This document shows, one piece after another, positions 33,831 through 48,190 of a stretch of 64,000 nucleotides of DNA. The notes below the pieces were generated by a model. It saw only the letters and a list, made by a program, of their open reading frames with translations. It made no database searches and was not told the DNA's origin. The position numbers were made by a program, and so were the translations under genes. The stretch is from the human T2T-CHM13v2.0 reference genome, Homo sapiens, in the NCBI RefSeq assembly GCF_009914755.1, contig NC_060938.1; one strand, written 5' to 3'. Each line of letters starts with the position of its first letter. Position 1 is the stretch's first letter.

Positions 33831-34105
33831 TTTGTTTCAAAAGGCTGTGAATCGGTGGAGATGACTCTGCGAAGAAATGGGCTAGGACAGCTTGGCTTCC
33901 ATGTCAACTATGAGGGCATTGTGGCGGATGTGGAGCCCTACGGTTATGCCTGGCAGGCAGGGCTGAGGCAGGGCAGTCGCCTGGTGGAGATCTGCAAGGT
34001 GGCGGTAGCCACTCTGAGCCATGAGCAGATGATCGACCTCCTGAGAACATCTGTCACGGTGAAGGTTGTCATCATTCCCCCGCATGATGACTGCACCCCG
34101 CGGAG
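33831..34105 (+). CDS. SIPA1L1: Coding exon (275 nt, phase 0->2), PDZ domain: [56 protein letters not shown]...PPHDDCTPR
   Basis: Acceptor ttttatttccttgtctAG|TTT, donor CGG AG|GTAGGT. GLGF-like loop (QLGF) and the AxxAGLRxG PDZ signature are present. Confidence 0.97.
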
Positions 34106-35909
34106 GTAGGTCTGAGGAGACAGCTGTGGGCCTGAGACTCGAGTGCAGGGTTTGTGTACCATGTAGAACATCTCTTAGCAGGTAGTGGAGTAGGGTGTTG
34201 TGAAGAACAATAGGTTACATGTGATGCTGAATGTTTCATCCATGGAGTCTGACTCAGGACGAAGCTCCCTTTCAGTGTGTGGTGACAGCAGCTGGAAAGA
34301 GTGACTAAATGGGACCATTCCCAGGATTTACATCACTGGATTTATAAAGTTGCCATGACAGATAGAGAAGTCTGGTAATATCTATCTTAAGAATTTTCCA
34401 CTGGGAGCTGAGAAACATTGAACACATTGAACATTAAAAGACACTCAACATCTCAAATTGTCAGATTGCTTTTCTTCTATGTTCCATGATGCTCTTATTC
34501 TCTTCTCTCTCCTAATTGCTGCCCAAAACTCAGCAATTGTTTGGACCTTTGCTGTCTCAGTCTGGCAGCTGCTTTCCTAACTGTATCTGCATGTGCTAGG
34601 GTTTGGCTTCAGGTGAGCTGCCCCTGCTCATGGTGCTTTGGCATTTTGGTTCCTAGTCTTTTCCAGAAGGGAAAACCTAAGAGCTCCCTGCCCCACCCAA
34701 CCCCCCACAGCTCCTGCCAAGCCAGCAGCACTGTTGAAAATTTAATTTCTCTGTCTCTGGGGAGGTTTATTGGTGGAAGAAATTTAATCAACTGTTTATT
34801 TTCTCCTTTGGACATGCACATGCTATTTTTGCTAGTTTTTAAGATCTCTCTTTTTAGTTTATGCCATTATTTTCTAAGAATTTCTCTTAAGCTTTGGCAA
34901 TTGATTCTTAGGCTTTCTAAAGCCAAGACAGTGTTCTGTGTCCTATTTTGCCACTAAGATGACCAGTCCTACACCTGAGCTCTCATGGATTTGTGAATAT
35001 CAGATGGTAGAAAGTTAATGGTTATGATAGGCTATTTGTGTCTTTTAAAAAGTAAAGAGCAGCAAATATATATGTGTGTGTGTGTGCGTGTGTGTGTTTT
35101 ATATACTTTGCTCAGGATAGTATTTCCTAATACTGCTTACCTCCTAGATGGCCTAGGGATTATGTATATATGTCAAAATATAGAAAAATTCCTTTGTCTG
35201 ATAGTTTGAAGAACTTCCTTTTGGATGACTGCATTTCCCTGGAAATCAAAATATGAACTTTTAATTTCACCTGTTTTGGAGAGGAGTAAATATTCAGAAA
35301 CTGCCCTACCCACATACCCTGCCTTAGTTAACCAGGTCTAATGAACCTTATTAGCCTTTTCTGGTTTCCCCAAGCATATCATCATTAAATGTTAAGTAAT
35401 GTGCTGAACTGTGATTTAAAAAATTATGTGAGGTGGCTCAGAAAGGCAGTGGGGTTCTTGCTTATGACAGTCTCCAGTCTTGCTGCATTCCTTGTCTTGT
35501 CTCTTTCTCTGCTGTCTCTCCTTCAAATTGTCTACTTTATTGCTTCTGAACAGACAATTATAAATGGGAGAAGATAGCCAAGCTTTGTAAATTGTCAACC
35601 TTAATTACCTACAGTAAAGAGTTACAGATGTTAGTCTAAGGACCGTCTACTGAAATATGGAGCCCTTGACCTTATGATGCCATCTTGCCCACTCAGAAGT
35701 CTTTCCCTTGTATCTAGGCTCCCAGGTTTATATGCGGGAAAGGAGAGGGAAATGGGTTTGTGTGACTGTGGGTGGGATGAGACAACAGTACAGACATCGA
35801 AATTGGAAATAGCTGTTACTAGAAAGATGGATAAGAGGCCTGATCCTGGATAGATGGAGCCATGATAGGAGGAATACTAGACTAGATATATTGTGGTGTG
35901 TCAGTGAAA

Positions 35910-36460
<551 letters not shown>

Positions 36461-36835
36461 AGAGCACAGATCCTTTCCTTATACACTAGAATCAGCAGTG
36501 ATGTGCTGGTGAGTTGGCTTTCTGCTGGGGTGAAGAAAACTTTATTTGTAGTATTTGCTGATTTCTATGGTGCAGATACTCCCACTGTGGCTGGTTCCAA
36601 GCTACCGATGTGATGTCACTGCAGGCAGCATTGGGGTAGATGGGATGATTACCAGCTCCAGCACACCAGGGAGTGAATGAGCTGTCACACCGCTGTGACG
36701 CTCTCAGGCCTTCCCGGAGGAGCCAGTGGAGCTGCCAGTGACATGTCACTTGGGTGCCAGGAGGGGAGGCTGGGGGAAGGATTAGTGCACTGCACAGCCC
36801 CACCAGCCTGGAGGGAGACACAGGGCCCCTTTCAC

Positions 36836-36924
36836 TACAGTTTCCATCTGAAAAGCCATACAGTTTCCATCTGAAAAGCCATACAGTTTCCATCTGAAAA
36901 GCCATACAGTTTCCATCTGAAAAG
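36836..36924 (+). repeat. 23-bp minisatellite, about 3.9 identical copies (tacagtttccatctgaaaagcca)
   Basis: Units start at 36836, 36859, 36882 and 36905. Confidence 0.97.
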
Positions 36925-37477
36925 TCAGACCTGGGCAGGGCAGGTGGGAAATGCCTTGATGCCTTTGGAGGGCTGAAAGCCTGCTCCTTTCTCCTTTCTT
37001 TAGAGATAACTTCAAAGGGAACAGCTGAAGCATTAACACCTTGTTACAATTTTCAACAAAATAGAATAATGCTCTTGTGTCATTTTTTTCTTCTCCTCCG
37101 CACTTCACACTCCCACTGCTGTTTTTGTAGCAACTAATTACTCTGTTCTTTGAATAGTCATTCTCTTCTTTGTCAGCTGGGACTTCACCACCAGTCACTG
37201 CAGCTGCAGCGAGAGGCAGGACAGGCCTCCTTGAGGCAAGCTGCTCCTCTACCCCTCAGCCTGGTGGTTCTTAGGGTCGCCAGGACCCAGAGAGGGACAC
37301 AAGCAAGGGGGTGCGGGAGGTGATGACTGTATGTAATACAAACACCCCCAGGATCTAATACAAACACAAATGGATTTGTGTGTTCACATGGGAGAGTCAT
37401 TCATTTTGAAAATGCAGCTTTTAAAATATATATAATAGTTCAACAACAAAAAAGTAGTACTTAAATAACATGTAAAA

Positions 37478-37797
37478 GCCTGTAATCCCAACAGTTTGGG
37501 AGGCCGAGGCTGGTGAATCATTTGAGGTCAGGAGTTTGAGACCAGCCTGAGCAACATGGTGAGGCTGGTCTCAAACTCCTGACCTCAAATGATTCACCAG
37601 CCTTCTCTACTAAAAATACAAAAAAAATTAGGGGGGCGTGCTGGCACATGCCTGTAGTCTCAGCTACTTGGGGGCTGAGGTAGGAGAATCACTTGACCCA
37701 GGAGGCAGAGGTTGCAATGAGCTGAGATCGTGCCATTGCACTCCAGCCTGGGCGACGGAGGTAGACTCCATCTCAAAAAAATAAGAATAAATAAATA
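37478..37797 (+). mobile_element. 5'-truncated AluS-like containing an internal 42-bp inverted duplication
   Basis: Starts at gcctgtaatccc; 15-bp TSD aaataacatgtaaaa at 37463-37477 and 37798-37812. Confidence 0.93.
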
Positions 37798-37950
37798 AAA
37801 TAACATGTAAAACAAGGCTCTCTTCCCTGTTCTTGGAAAATATGCAGACCCCTTATGAATCGTTTCCAAACTACAATTTTTTTAAGAGAAGAAAGGACAG
37901 GGACAGTATAGCAAACTTTCTGAGCCCCTACTAGGTGCCAGGCATTTTCC

Positions 37951-40349
<2,399 letters not shown>

Positions 40350-40352
<3 letters not shown>

Positions 40353-42310
40353 AAGAGAAGTTTAGAGAAAAAAGAGTAAAAAAAAATGAACAAAGCCTCC
40401 AAGAAATATGGGACTATGTGAAAAGACCAAATCTACGTCTGATTGGTGTACCTGAAAGTGACGGGGAGAATGGAACCAAGTTGGAAAACACTCTTCAGGA
40501 TATTATCCTGGAGAACTTCCCCAACCTAGCAAGGCAGGCCAACATTCATATTCAGGAAATACAGAGAACGCCACAAAGATACTCCTCGAGAAGAGCAACT
40601 CCAAGACACATAATTGTCAGATTCACCAAAGTTGAAATGAAGGAAAAAGTGTTAAGGGCAGCCAGATAGAAAGGTCAGGTTACCCACAAAGGGAAGCCCA
40701 TCAGACTAACAGTGGCTCTCTGCAGAAACTCTACAAGCCAGTAGAAAGTGGGGGCCAATATTCAACATTCTTAAAGAAAAGAATTTTCAACCCAGAATTT
40801 CATATCCAGCCAAACTAAGCTTCATAAGTGAAGGAGAAATAAAATCCTTTACAGACAAGCAAATGCTGAGAGATTTTGTCACCACCAGGCCTGCCCTACA
40901 AGAGCTCCTGAAGGAAGCACTAAACATGGAAAGGAATAATTGGTACCAGCCACTGCAAAAACATGCCAAATTGTACAGACCATTGATGCTAGGAAGAAAT
41001 TGCATGAACTAACAAGCAAAATAACCAGCTAACATCATAATGACAGGATCAGATTTACACATAACAATATTAACCTTAAATGTAAATGGGCTAAATGCTC
41101 CAATTAAAAGACACAGACTGGCAAATTTGATAGAGTCAAGACCCATCAGTGTGCTATATTCAGGAGACCCATCTCATGTGCAGAGACACACATAGGCTCA
41201 AAATAAAAGGATGGAGGAAGATCTACCAAGCAAATGGAAAACAAAAAAAGGCAGGGGTTGCAATCCTAGTCTCTGATAAAACAGACTTTAAACCAACAAA
41301 GATCAAAAGAGACAAAGAAGGCCATTACATAATGGTAAAGGGATCAATTTAACAAGAAGAGCTAACTATCTTAAATATATATGCACCCAATACAGGAGCA
41401 CCCAGATTCATAAAGCAAGTCCTTAGAGACCTACAAAGAGACTTAGACTCCCACACAATAATAATGGGAGACTTTATCACCCGACTGTCAACATTAGACA
41501 GATCGAGACAGAAAGTTAACAAGGATATCCAGGAATTGAACTCTGCACCAAGTGGGACCTAATAGACATCTACAGAACTCTTCACCCAAAATCAACAGAA
41601 TATACATTCTTCTCAGCACCACCTTGCACTTATTCCAAAATTGACCACATAGTTGGAAGTAAAGCACTCCTCAGCAAATGTAAAACAACAGAAATTGTGA
41701 CAAACTGTCTCTCAGACCACAGTGCAATCAAACTAGAACTCAGGATTAAGAAACTCACTCAAAACAGCTCAACTACATGGAAACTGAACATCCTGCTCCT
41801 GAATGACTACTGGGTTTATAACGAAATGAAGGCAGAAATTAAAATGTTCTTTGAAACCAATGAGAACAAAGACACAACATACCAGAATCTCTGGGACACA
41901 TTTAAAGCGGTGTGTAGAGGGAAACTTATAGCACTAAATAAATGCCCACAAGAGAAAGCAGGAAAGATCTAAAATTGACACCCTAACATCACAATCAGAA
42001 GAACTAGAGAAGCAAGAGCAAACACATTCAAAAGCTAGCAGAAGGCAAGAAATAACTAAGATCAGAGAAGATCTGAAGGAGATAGAGACACAAAAAACCC
42101 TTCAAAAAATCAATGAATCCAAGAGCTGGTTTTTTGAAAAGATCAACAAAATGGATAGATCACTAGCAAGACTAATAAAGAAGAAAAGGGAAGAATCAAA
42201 TAGATGCAATAAAAAATGATAAAGGGGATATCACCACCGATCCCACAGAAACACAAACTATCATCAGAATACTATAAACACCTCTACGCAAATAAACTAG
42301 AAAATCTAGA
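40350..42310 (+). mobile_element. L1PA inverted 5' part: ORF1 C-terminal half, inter-ORF spacer, ORF2 endonuclease (disrupted)
   Basis: EQSLQEIWDYVKRPNLRLIGVPE (ORF1p); CYIQETHL and [11 protein letters not shown] (endonuclease). Confidence 0.96.
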
Positions 42311-42531
42311 GGGCCTCGGGTCTTTATAGCCACAGGATGGGGGCGTCATGGGCCAGGGTTGTCTTTGGAAATGCAGCATCTGGACACAAAGGCAGGAGTG
42401 CCTGTCCTCATCTTGATCCGTGGGGGTGGAGCCCTAGCCAGGGACCACTCCCTCCTCTACCCAGCTCTTCCCTTCCCTGCTTCATATCATTTAAAGGGAA
42501 CATGCTATTCCCTTCCCAGCACTTCCGTATC
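42311..42531 (-). mobile_element. 5' fragment of an ERV1 LTR (MER52/LTR1 group)
   Basis: Reverse complement begins TGATACGGAAGTGCTGGGAAGGGAA...CCCTTTAAATGATATGAAG...CCCTGGCTAGGGCTCCACCCCCACGG. Confidence 0.75.
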
Positions 42532-43064
42532 AGCAGCTTCATTTTTATTAAAACAGCGATGAGAATGAGGCTGGGAGAAGTTCAGTTGCTGCCCAAAGAG
42601 TGAACGGAACCAGCTAGCATGACAGCCTGATGGACACAGTCCTGGTAGACTTCACTGGAAAACCTCCCTGGAGTGAGCAGGCCCCTTATGCAGGAATTGC
42701 CTGATTCTCACCCCCCTGCTGTCACCCCTCTGCAGTAGGTAGCCAGCATCAATAGATTAGTGACCTCTGTGACCTCTGGGTCTTCACCGTCATTCCCGTG
42801 ACAAGATGAAAAGTACCTGGATGAACAGACTAAATTGTGATGTTCTGGATGGTATTGCATAGAGTGGTCAACCCTTTATTCTGTTGAGGGCCACTAGCCT
42901 ATAGTTCTTAAAGAAAGCAATTAAGGGCCATTCAAAATGACAAGCTAAAAACAAACAGGTTACATAAGACCAAATTACCTCTTAAATAAGAATAGGTCAC
43001 AGCATTTTTTCTTCATTTTAAAAATCCAGTATTTTAAAGTGCTAAAGCATACTGCTTTAGAGTG

Positions 43065-43230
43065 AAGAGGGCAATTAGAAATCATGTGGTTCAGATCTCT
43101 CATTTTTCAGAGGAGGAGTTTTGATTCAAATAATTTATGTGTTTTTTTCCAAGCCAGAGTCACATGGCTTATAGGGACCAAGCCATCCTCAAACATAAAA
43201 CTTTTCTGACTCGTGAGTCCAGTGTTGTGA
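43065..43230 (-). mobile_element. MIR fragment
   Basis: ctctcatttttcagaggaggag...agagtcacatggct. Confidence 0.55.
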
Positions 43231-43559
43231 TGTTCTGTTCAATTTCCTAGTCAACCATTTCTCTATATTCCACAGGGTCTTAAGGAAAAAGGAGAGAGTT
43301 ATGAGAAATAAAAGATAAAAGAGAAAGAATACAAAGACTGAAAAACAGAGTAAGGAGATGGAGTAGCTTTTCCATTAATTTAGGGTTTCAGCATGTCACC
43401 TCTTATCACGTTTAGCATTGACATTGTAATTCCTGCTGGCCATAGCCCTTTAATTGGGTTTTATAAAAGTTGTTGAATTTTCCTTGGAGAATTGGAATGG
43501 TTTCGTTAATGGCTAAAATAAGACTAACTTACACAGTCTTACCTACATAGTATGTATTA

Positions 43560-43740
43560 ATTCTGTGGGTTTAAATCCTGGCTTTGCCACCTGCTGGCTG
43601 TGTAAACTTGGGCAGGTTAATCTCTCTAGGCCTCTATTTCCTCCTCTACAAAGTGGGGATAATGATAGCATCCACTTCATAGAGTTGCTGTAAAGTGGCT
43701 AAATTCGTGCCTGGCCCATTGTAAGTTATAGGTATTATTA
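43560..43740 (+). mobile_element. MIR
   Basis: gggtttaaatcctggctttgccac...aacttgggcaggtta...tttcctcctctacaaagtggggataat. Confidence 0.8.
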
Positions 43741-44353
43741 GAGTTACCGTTCATCAACACAGAATTTTACTTAGAATGATATAATAAAAATCCTTTTATG
43801 AAAGTTTATGCATAGCATTAAAAGCCAGTTTTTAATCTGTATTCTTCAGTCTGTTGTATACTTCTTGATTCTACATAACGTTCTTCTGTTTTGCAGAGTT
43901 AAGTAAGAGACCAGGAAGCCAGTGATGGTTACCCTGGCCACAAAAGGCAATCAGAAATGGCGAGTAGCTGAAGTTTAGCTCTGCAGAACCTTCTGTGCTT
44001 ATTCATTGTTTATGAATGAATCTTCTCTCTGCTCAGACTTTATCATACTATATTTGGCCAATGTGGGATATGAAGAAAGTTTCTAGTTATATGTTATGAG
44101 TGGTGGAAATAAAATGTAGACTGTGGGGAAGACAGCGTCTTTGGCCAGAGAGGCCTTCTAGCCAGTTTTCATACTAAATGTTAAGCAGTTTAAAAGACTA
44201 TTCCAAAGAGTGTTTGAAGAAACCCAAAGATAAAGTAACTTGTCTGTTTGATATTATGTTATTGCTGTTATTGTGTCTGTTACCATTATCATTATTTATT
44301 TTATTATCTGCCTGATGCAAAATGGACTTAAAACAGCCTATGAAAGTACTTGT

Positions 44354-44647
44354 GAGCTGGGCACAGTGGCTCATGCCTGGAATCCCAGTACTTTGGGAGA
44401 CCGAGGCAGGTATATCACTTGAGCTCAGGAGTTTGAGACCAACCTGTGCAACATGGTGAAACCCTGTCTCGACAAACAATACAAAAATTAGCTGAGCGTG
44501 GCAGTGCACACCTGTAGTCCCAGCTACTCAGGAGGCTGAGATGGGAGAATCACTTGAGCCCAGGAGGTTGAGGCTGTGGTGAACCTTGATCACGTCACAG
44601 CACTCCAGCCTAGGCGACACAGCAAGACCTTCTCTCAAAAAGAAAGA
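44354..44647 (+). mobile_element. AluJ-like
   Basis: Full dimer; TSD gaaagta(c/g)ttgt. Confidence 0.92.
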
Positions 44648-46020
44648 GAAAGTAGTTGTACAGTATTAAAATAGAAGCTTAGCTAGGGAATTGGAGGTGG
44701 AAGAGGTAGTAGTGAAAGCAAAACATGGCCTAGGTGAAAATTTTTGGAAAGTTGGTGCCCAAAATACATAATAATAAAGTTCTGTACATGTGCTGGTTCC
44801 TAGCAGCCGACAGAAAGGGGCATAGATGGTGATGTTCTTTGAGTTTACAAGTTAGAACAAGAGCATTGCTGAGGAGAAGCAAAGATAGTCCAGATTTTGA
44901 GCATAAGTGAAATTTTTCCATGCATTATTATAAATTTTAGTCAATATTCCTTTGGTAAAATGTAATATTTTTGCATTGTATTTACTGATCCAGAACATTA
45001 GATCTTTATAATATGCCTTATTTAGTCAGAAACGAAAGGCTGTAGTCACAAATGAAAGACTCTAAACTATACCACAGTGTATTACCTCTATGAACAACCA
45101 AAAAAGGGTTGCAGTGGCATATTTTTGTCATAAATATCAGAATCAAAGCTTGAAATTATATCAGAGCCTAAAGTAGTATTCGTTAATATTAGAGAAAAGG
45201 TTCTATTAGAGAAAAGGTTTTAATGACATAGCAGTCATTAACTACTAAAAGTAATGTCAAATGTGCCATAAAACAATGTTTTACAGACTGCAGACCATAA
45301 CTCTCAAGTAGATCATCAAATCAATTTAGGACATTGTGCCCAGTGTATTTTTGGATGAAGTGTATTCAGAATACAGCAAAATGGAAGACATGAGAGGAAG
45401 GATGCACATCTGTGTGTATATATGGTGGTGCTGTGTCCCAGTGTGAAATGTATGTCTTAGGTTGTCATCCAGAAAGTGTGAAAGCCATTGCTATTAAAGC
45501 ATAAAAGGGATAGAGTGGAGCCTTGGGCGGAGGGTCAGATTAAGGTCACCCTTGGCTTTTGGGACATTTGGGGGACTGGTAAGGAAACCCCAAGAAGAAA
45601 GTACTCCTTGGAGACGTGGGCTATGACTGAGTCAAGTAAGGATGGCAGCAGACGCCATTGCTCCTTCTGAGCACATGCTCCAAAAGTGGCACTTTCCAAC
45701 AACAAAAACTCTACTGAAGGTGGGGGAGAAGATGCATTATGGAATACACATTTGAAATGTAAGGAGTCAACACTGAGATATGTAGACAAGGTCATGAAAG
45801 AGTGGCACCTTCCATTGTCCTTATTCTCCTGCCAGCCAACTATGTAAACCCTTCCACTTTGCCCCCCATCTCCATGTCTCACCTTCCCTCCCCGCGCCTT
45901 CAGCCTCATCCACGTCAAGACCAGGCCTTTGGCCGGACGCCCTTTGGGCCTGCACTGTCCAGGACAGGAGGCATGTGGCTACACAGCACTTGTGATGTCG
46001 CTGGTCCAAAGTGAAATGGT

Positions 46021-46482
46021 CTGTAAGCTGCTCGTACACCCTTTCGGAGCCCAGTCGCAATGTGCGGTGGCGGGAATGTGAAGCTGCGCATACACCCTTT
46101 CAGAGCCCGGTCATGGTGTGCAGTGGTGGGGGTGTGAAGCTGCTCGTACACCGTTTCAGAGCCCAGTCACGATGTGCAGTGGCAAGTGTGTGAAGCTGCT
46201 TATACACTCTTTTGGAGCCCAGTCAAGATGTGCAGTGGCAGGTGTGTGAAACTGCTTATACACCCTTTCAGAGCTCAGTCACTGTATGCATTGGCGGGTG
46301 TGTGAAGCTGCTTGTATACCCTTTTGGAGCCCCAGTCATGGTGTACAATGGCAGGTGTGTGAAGCTGCTCGTTCACCCTTTTGGAGCCCAGTCACGATGT
46401 GCAGTGGCGGGTTGTGAAGCTGCTCATACACCCTTTCAGAACCCAGTTGTGGTGTGCAGTGGTGGGTGTGTGAAGCCGCTTG
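46021..46482 (+). repeat. 56-bp minisatellite, 8 diverged copies plus a partial ninth
   Basis: aagctg-type anchor at 46025, 46081, 46137, 46193, 46249, 46305, 46362, 46417 and 46473; consensus about gtgtgaagctgctcgtacaccctttcagagcccagtcacgatgtgcagtggcgggt. Confidence 0.96.
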
Positions 46483-46844
46483 CTTCCATTGAGACTTCAT
46501 GCTCTCAGGTATGCCCCCGTCATGCTGTCCTGGTGGCCTTTCCTCCTCAGGTCTCAGTAGTCTGGCCACCCCCAGGGTGTCCGTGGGTCCCATTGTTTTT
46601 TAAAGACTCCATATCTCGCACTCAAAAAGTTGGGATTGAGTAAAGGAAAATACTATTATAATACTTCCTTGGGTTCTGGTTTTTGAAAAGAAAATAAGTA
46701 CTAGGGCCCAAAGATTGAAAGGTGGTTTGAAACAGAGGGTGAAATTGTGGATCCATTTTTAAGTGTTAATGAGAATCAATGTGGTTCCACCAGCAAGAAA
46801 AAGCAGTATCCATTGTGTTTCTCCCTGTGCCTTGCCCCTAATAG

Positions 46845-47114
46845 GAGTTGCTCTGAAACCTACCGCATGCCAGTGATGGAGTACAAAATGAATGAAGGTG
46901 TTTCATACGAATTCAAGTTTCCCTTCCGAAATAATAACAAGTGGCAGAGGAACGCCAGCAAGGGGCCTCATTCACCTCAAGTCCCGTCCCAGGTGCAGAG
47001 TCCCATGACCTCGCGGCTGAATGCTGGAAAAGGAGATGGGAAGATGCCTCCTCCAGAAAGAGCCGCCAACATCCCTCGAAGCATCTCCAGTGACGGGCGC
47101 CCACTAGAGAGGCG
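46845..47114 (+). CDS. SIPA1L1: Coding exon (270 nt, phase 2->2): [36 protein letters not shown]...[12 protein letters not shown]
   Basis: Acceptor ccttgcccctaatAG|G, donor AGG CG|GTAAGT. Lies in ORF 46747..47118; frame continues from the PDZ exon. Confidence 0.94.
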
Positions 47115-48003
47115 GTAAGTGTGCCTTCAAAGGTTTGCTCTATCTCTCTCTGCCCCAAATGTAAGTAACACAGACCCATAAGCACTAGTTTTAGGCCTTC
47201 TCATATTTTACTAGAAACAAAGAATTAAACTGAGGTGCATACCGTAGTGACTTTCAAAGCATGGTAGTGTTCCAAAGCCATAAGGATCAACAGAGATTGA
47301 TTCTAGCAAAGCCTTCAGCTCTGCACACTGGTATTTGTGCTTTGCTCTTTAATTTCCGTGTGATTATCAACAGACGTCGTTACTGCATGCTTAGTGGCCC
47401 TGTGGATTAGAATTTAGCAGACTCTTTGAGGTGACAGTGACTGTATATCATCCTTGACAGTCTTCATCATTTTGTTCCGAAATGATGATATAAGAGCAAC
47501 AGAAGGCAGGTTTTTGGTTGAATAACTATGTTTGTGTCACTTTATTAATAAAGGATTATGCGGAAGGAAAACTAGTATAACACAAACATATTTTTCACTA
47601 CTCTGAAAATAGGAAAGAATAGTGAAGAGAAGACGATACGTGGAGATACGTTAAAACACTTAGTCCTGAGTAAAGTAAGCCAGAGGGAGAGGGACTGAGG
47701 GGTCCTAGAAAGTAAGAAACCAAAGGTTGTTGTTAAATTGAAAGCCATAGAGAGTTCCCTCCCAAAAGGTAGTGGGTTAACTCTGCCTTTACAAGGTTGC
47801 CCTAGCACTTTTGTCTGGAGTTAAGAGTAAACTGCAGCACTTTGAACTAGAGTCCAGGCCTAAAATTAAACTAGATTAAGTGCTTTCAAAATGGGAATAG
47901 AAGTTGGCTATACAGATTTTAAGTAATTGCACTATAAATTTGGTTACCTCAAATCATGTACACTAAAGCAGTTTAATTGAATAATCTGCTAGTGGTCTGC
48001 TAG

Positions 48004-48190
<187 letters not shown>

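Noticed and set aside
46021-46482. Regularly spaced repeats resembling a CRISPR array; ORFs 45915..46643
   Set aside because: Units are contiguous with no unique spacers, there are no cas genes, and the context is a primate intron. The ORFs are by-products of the repeat.
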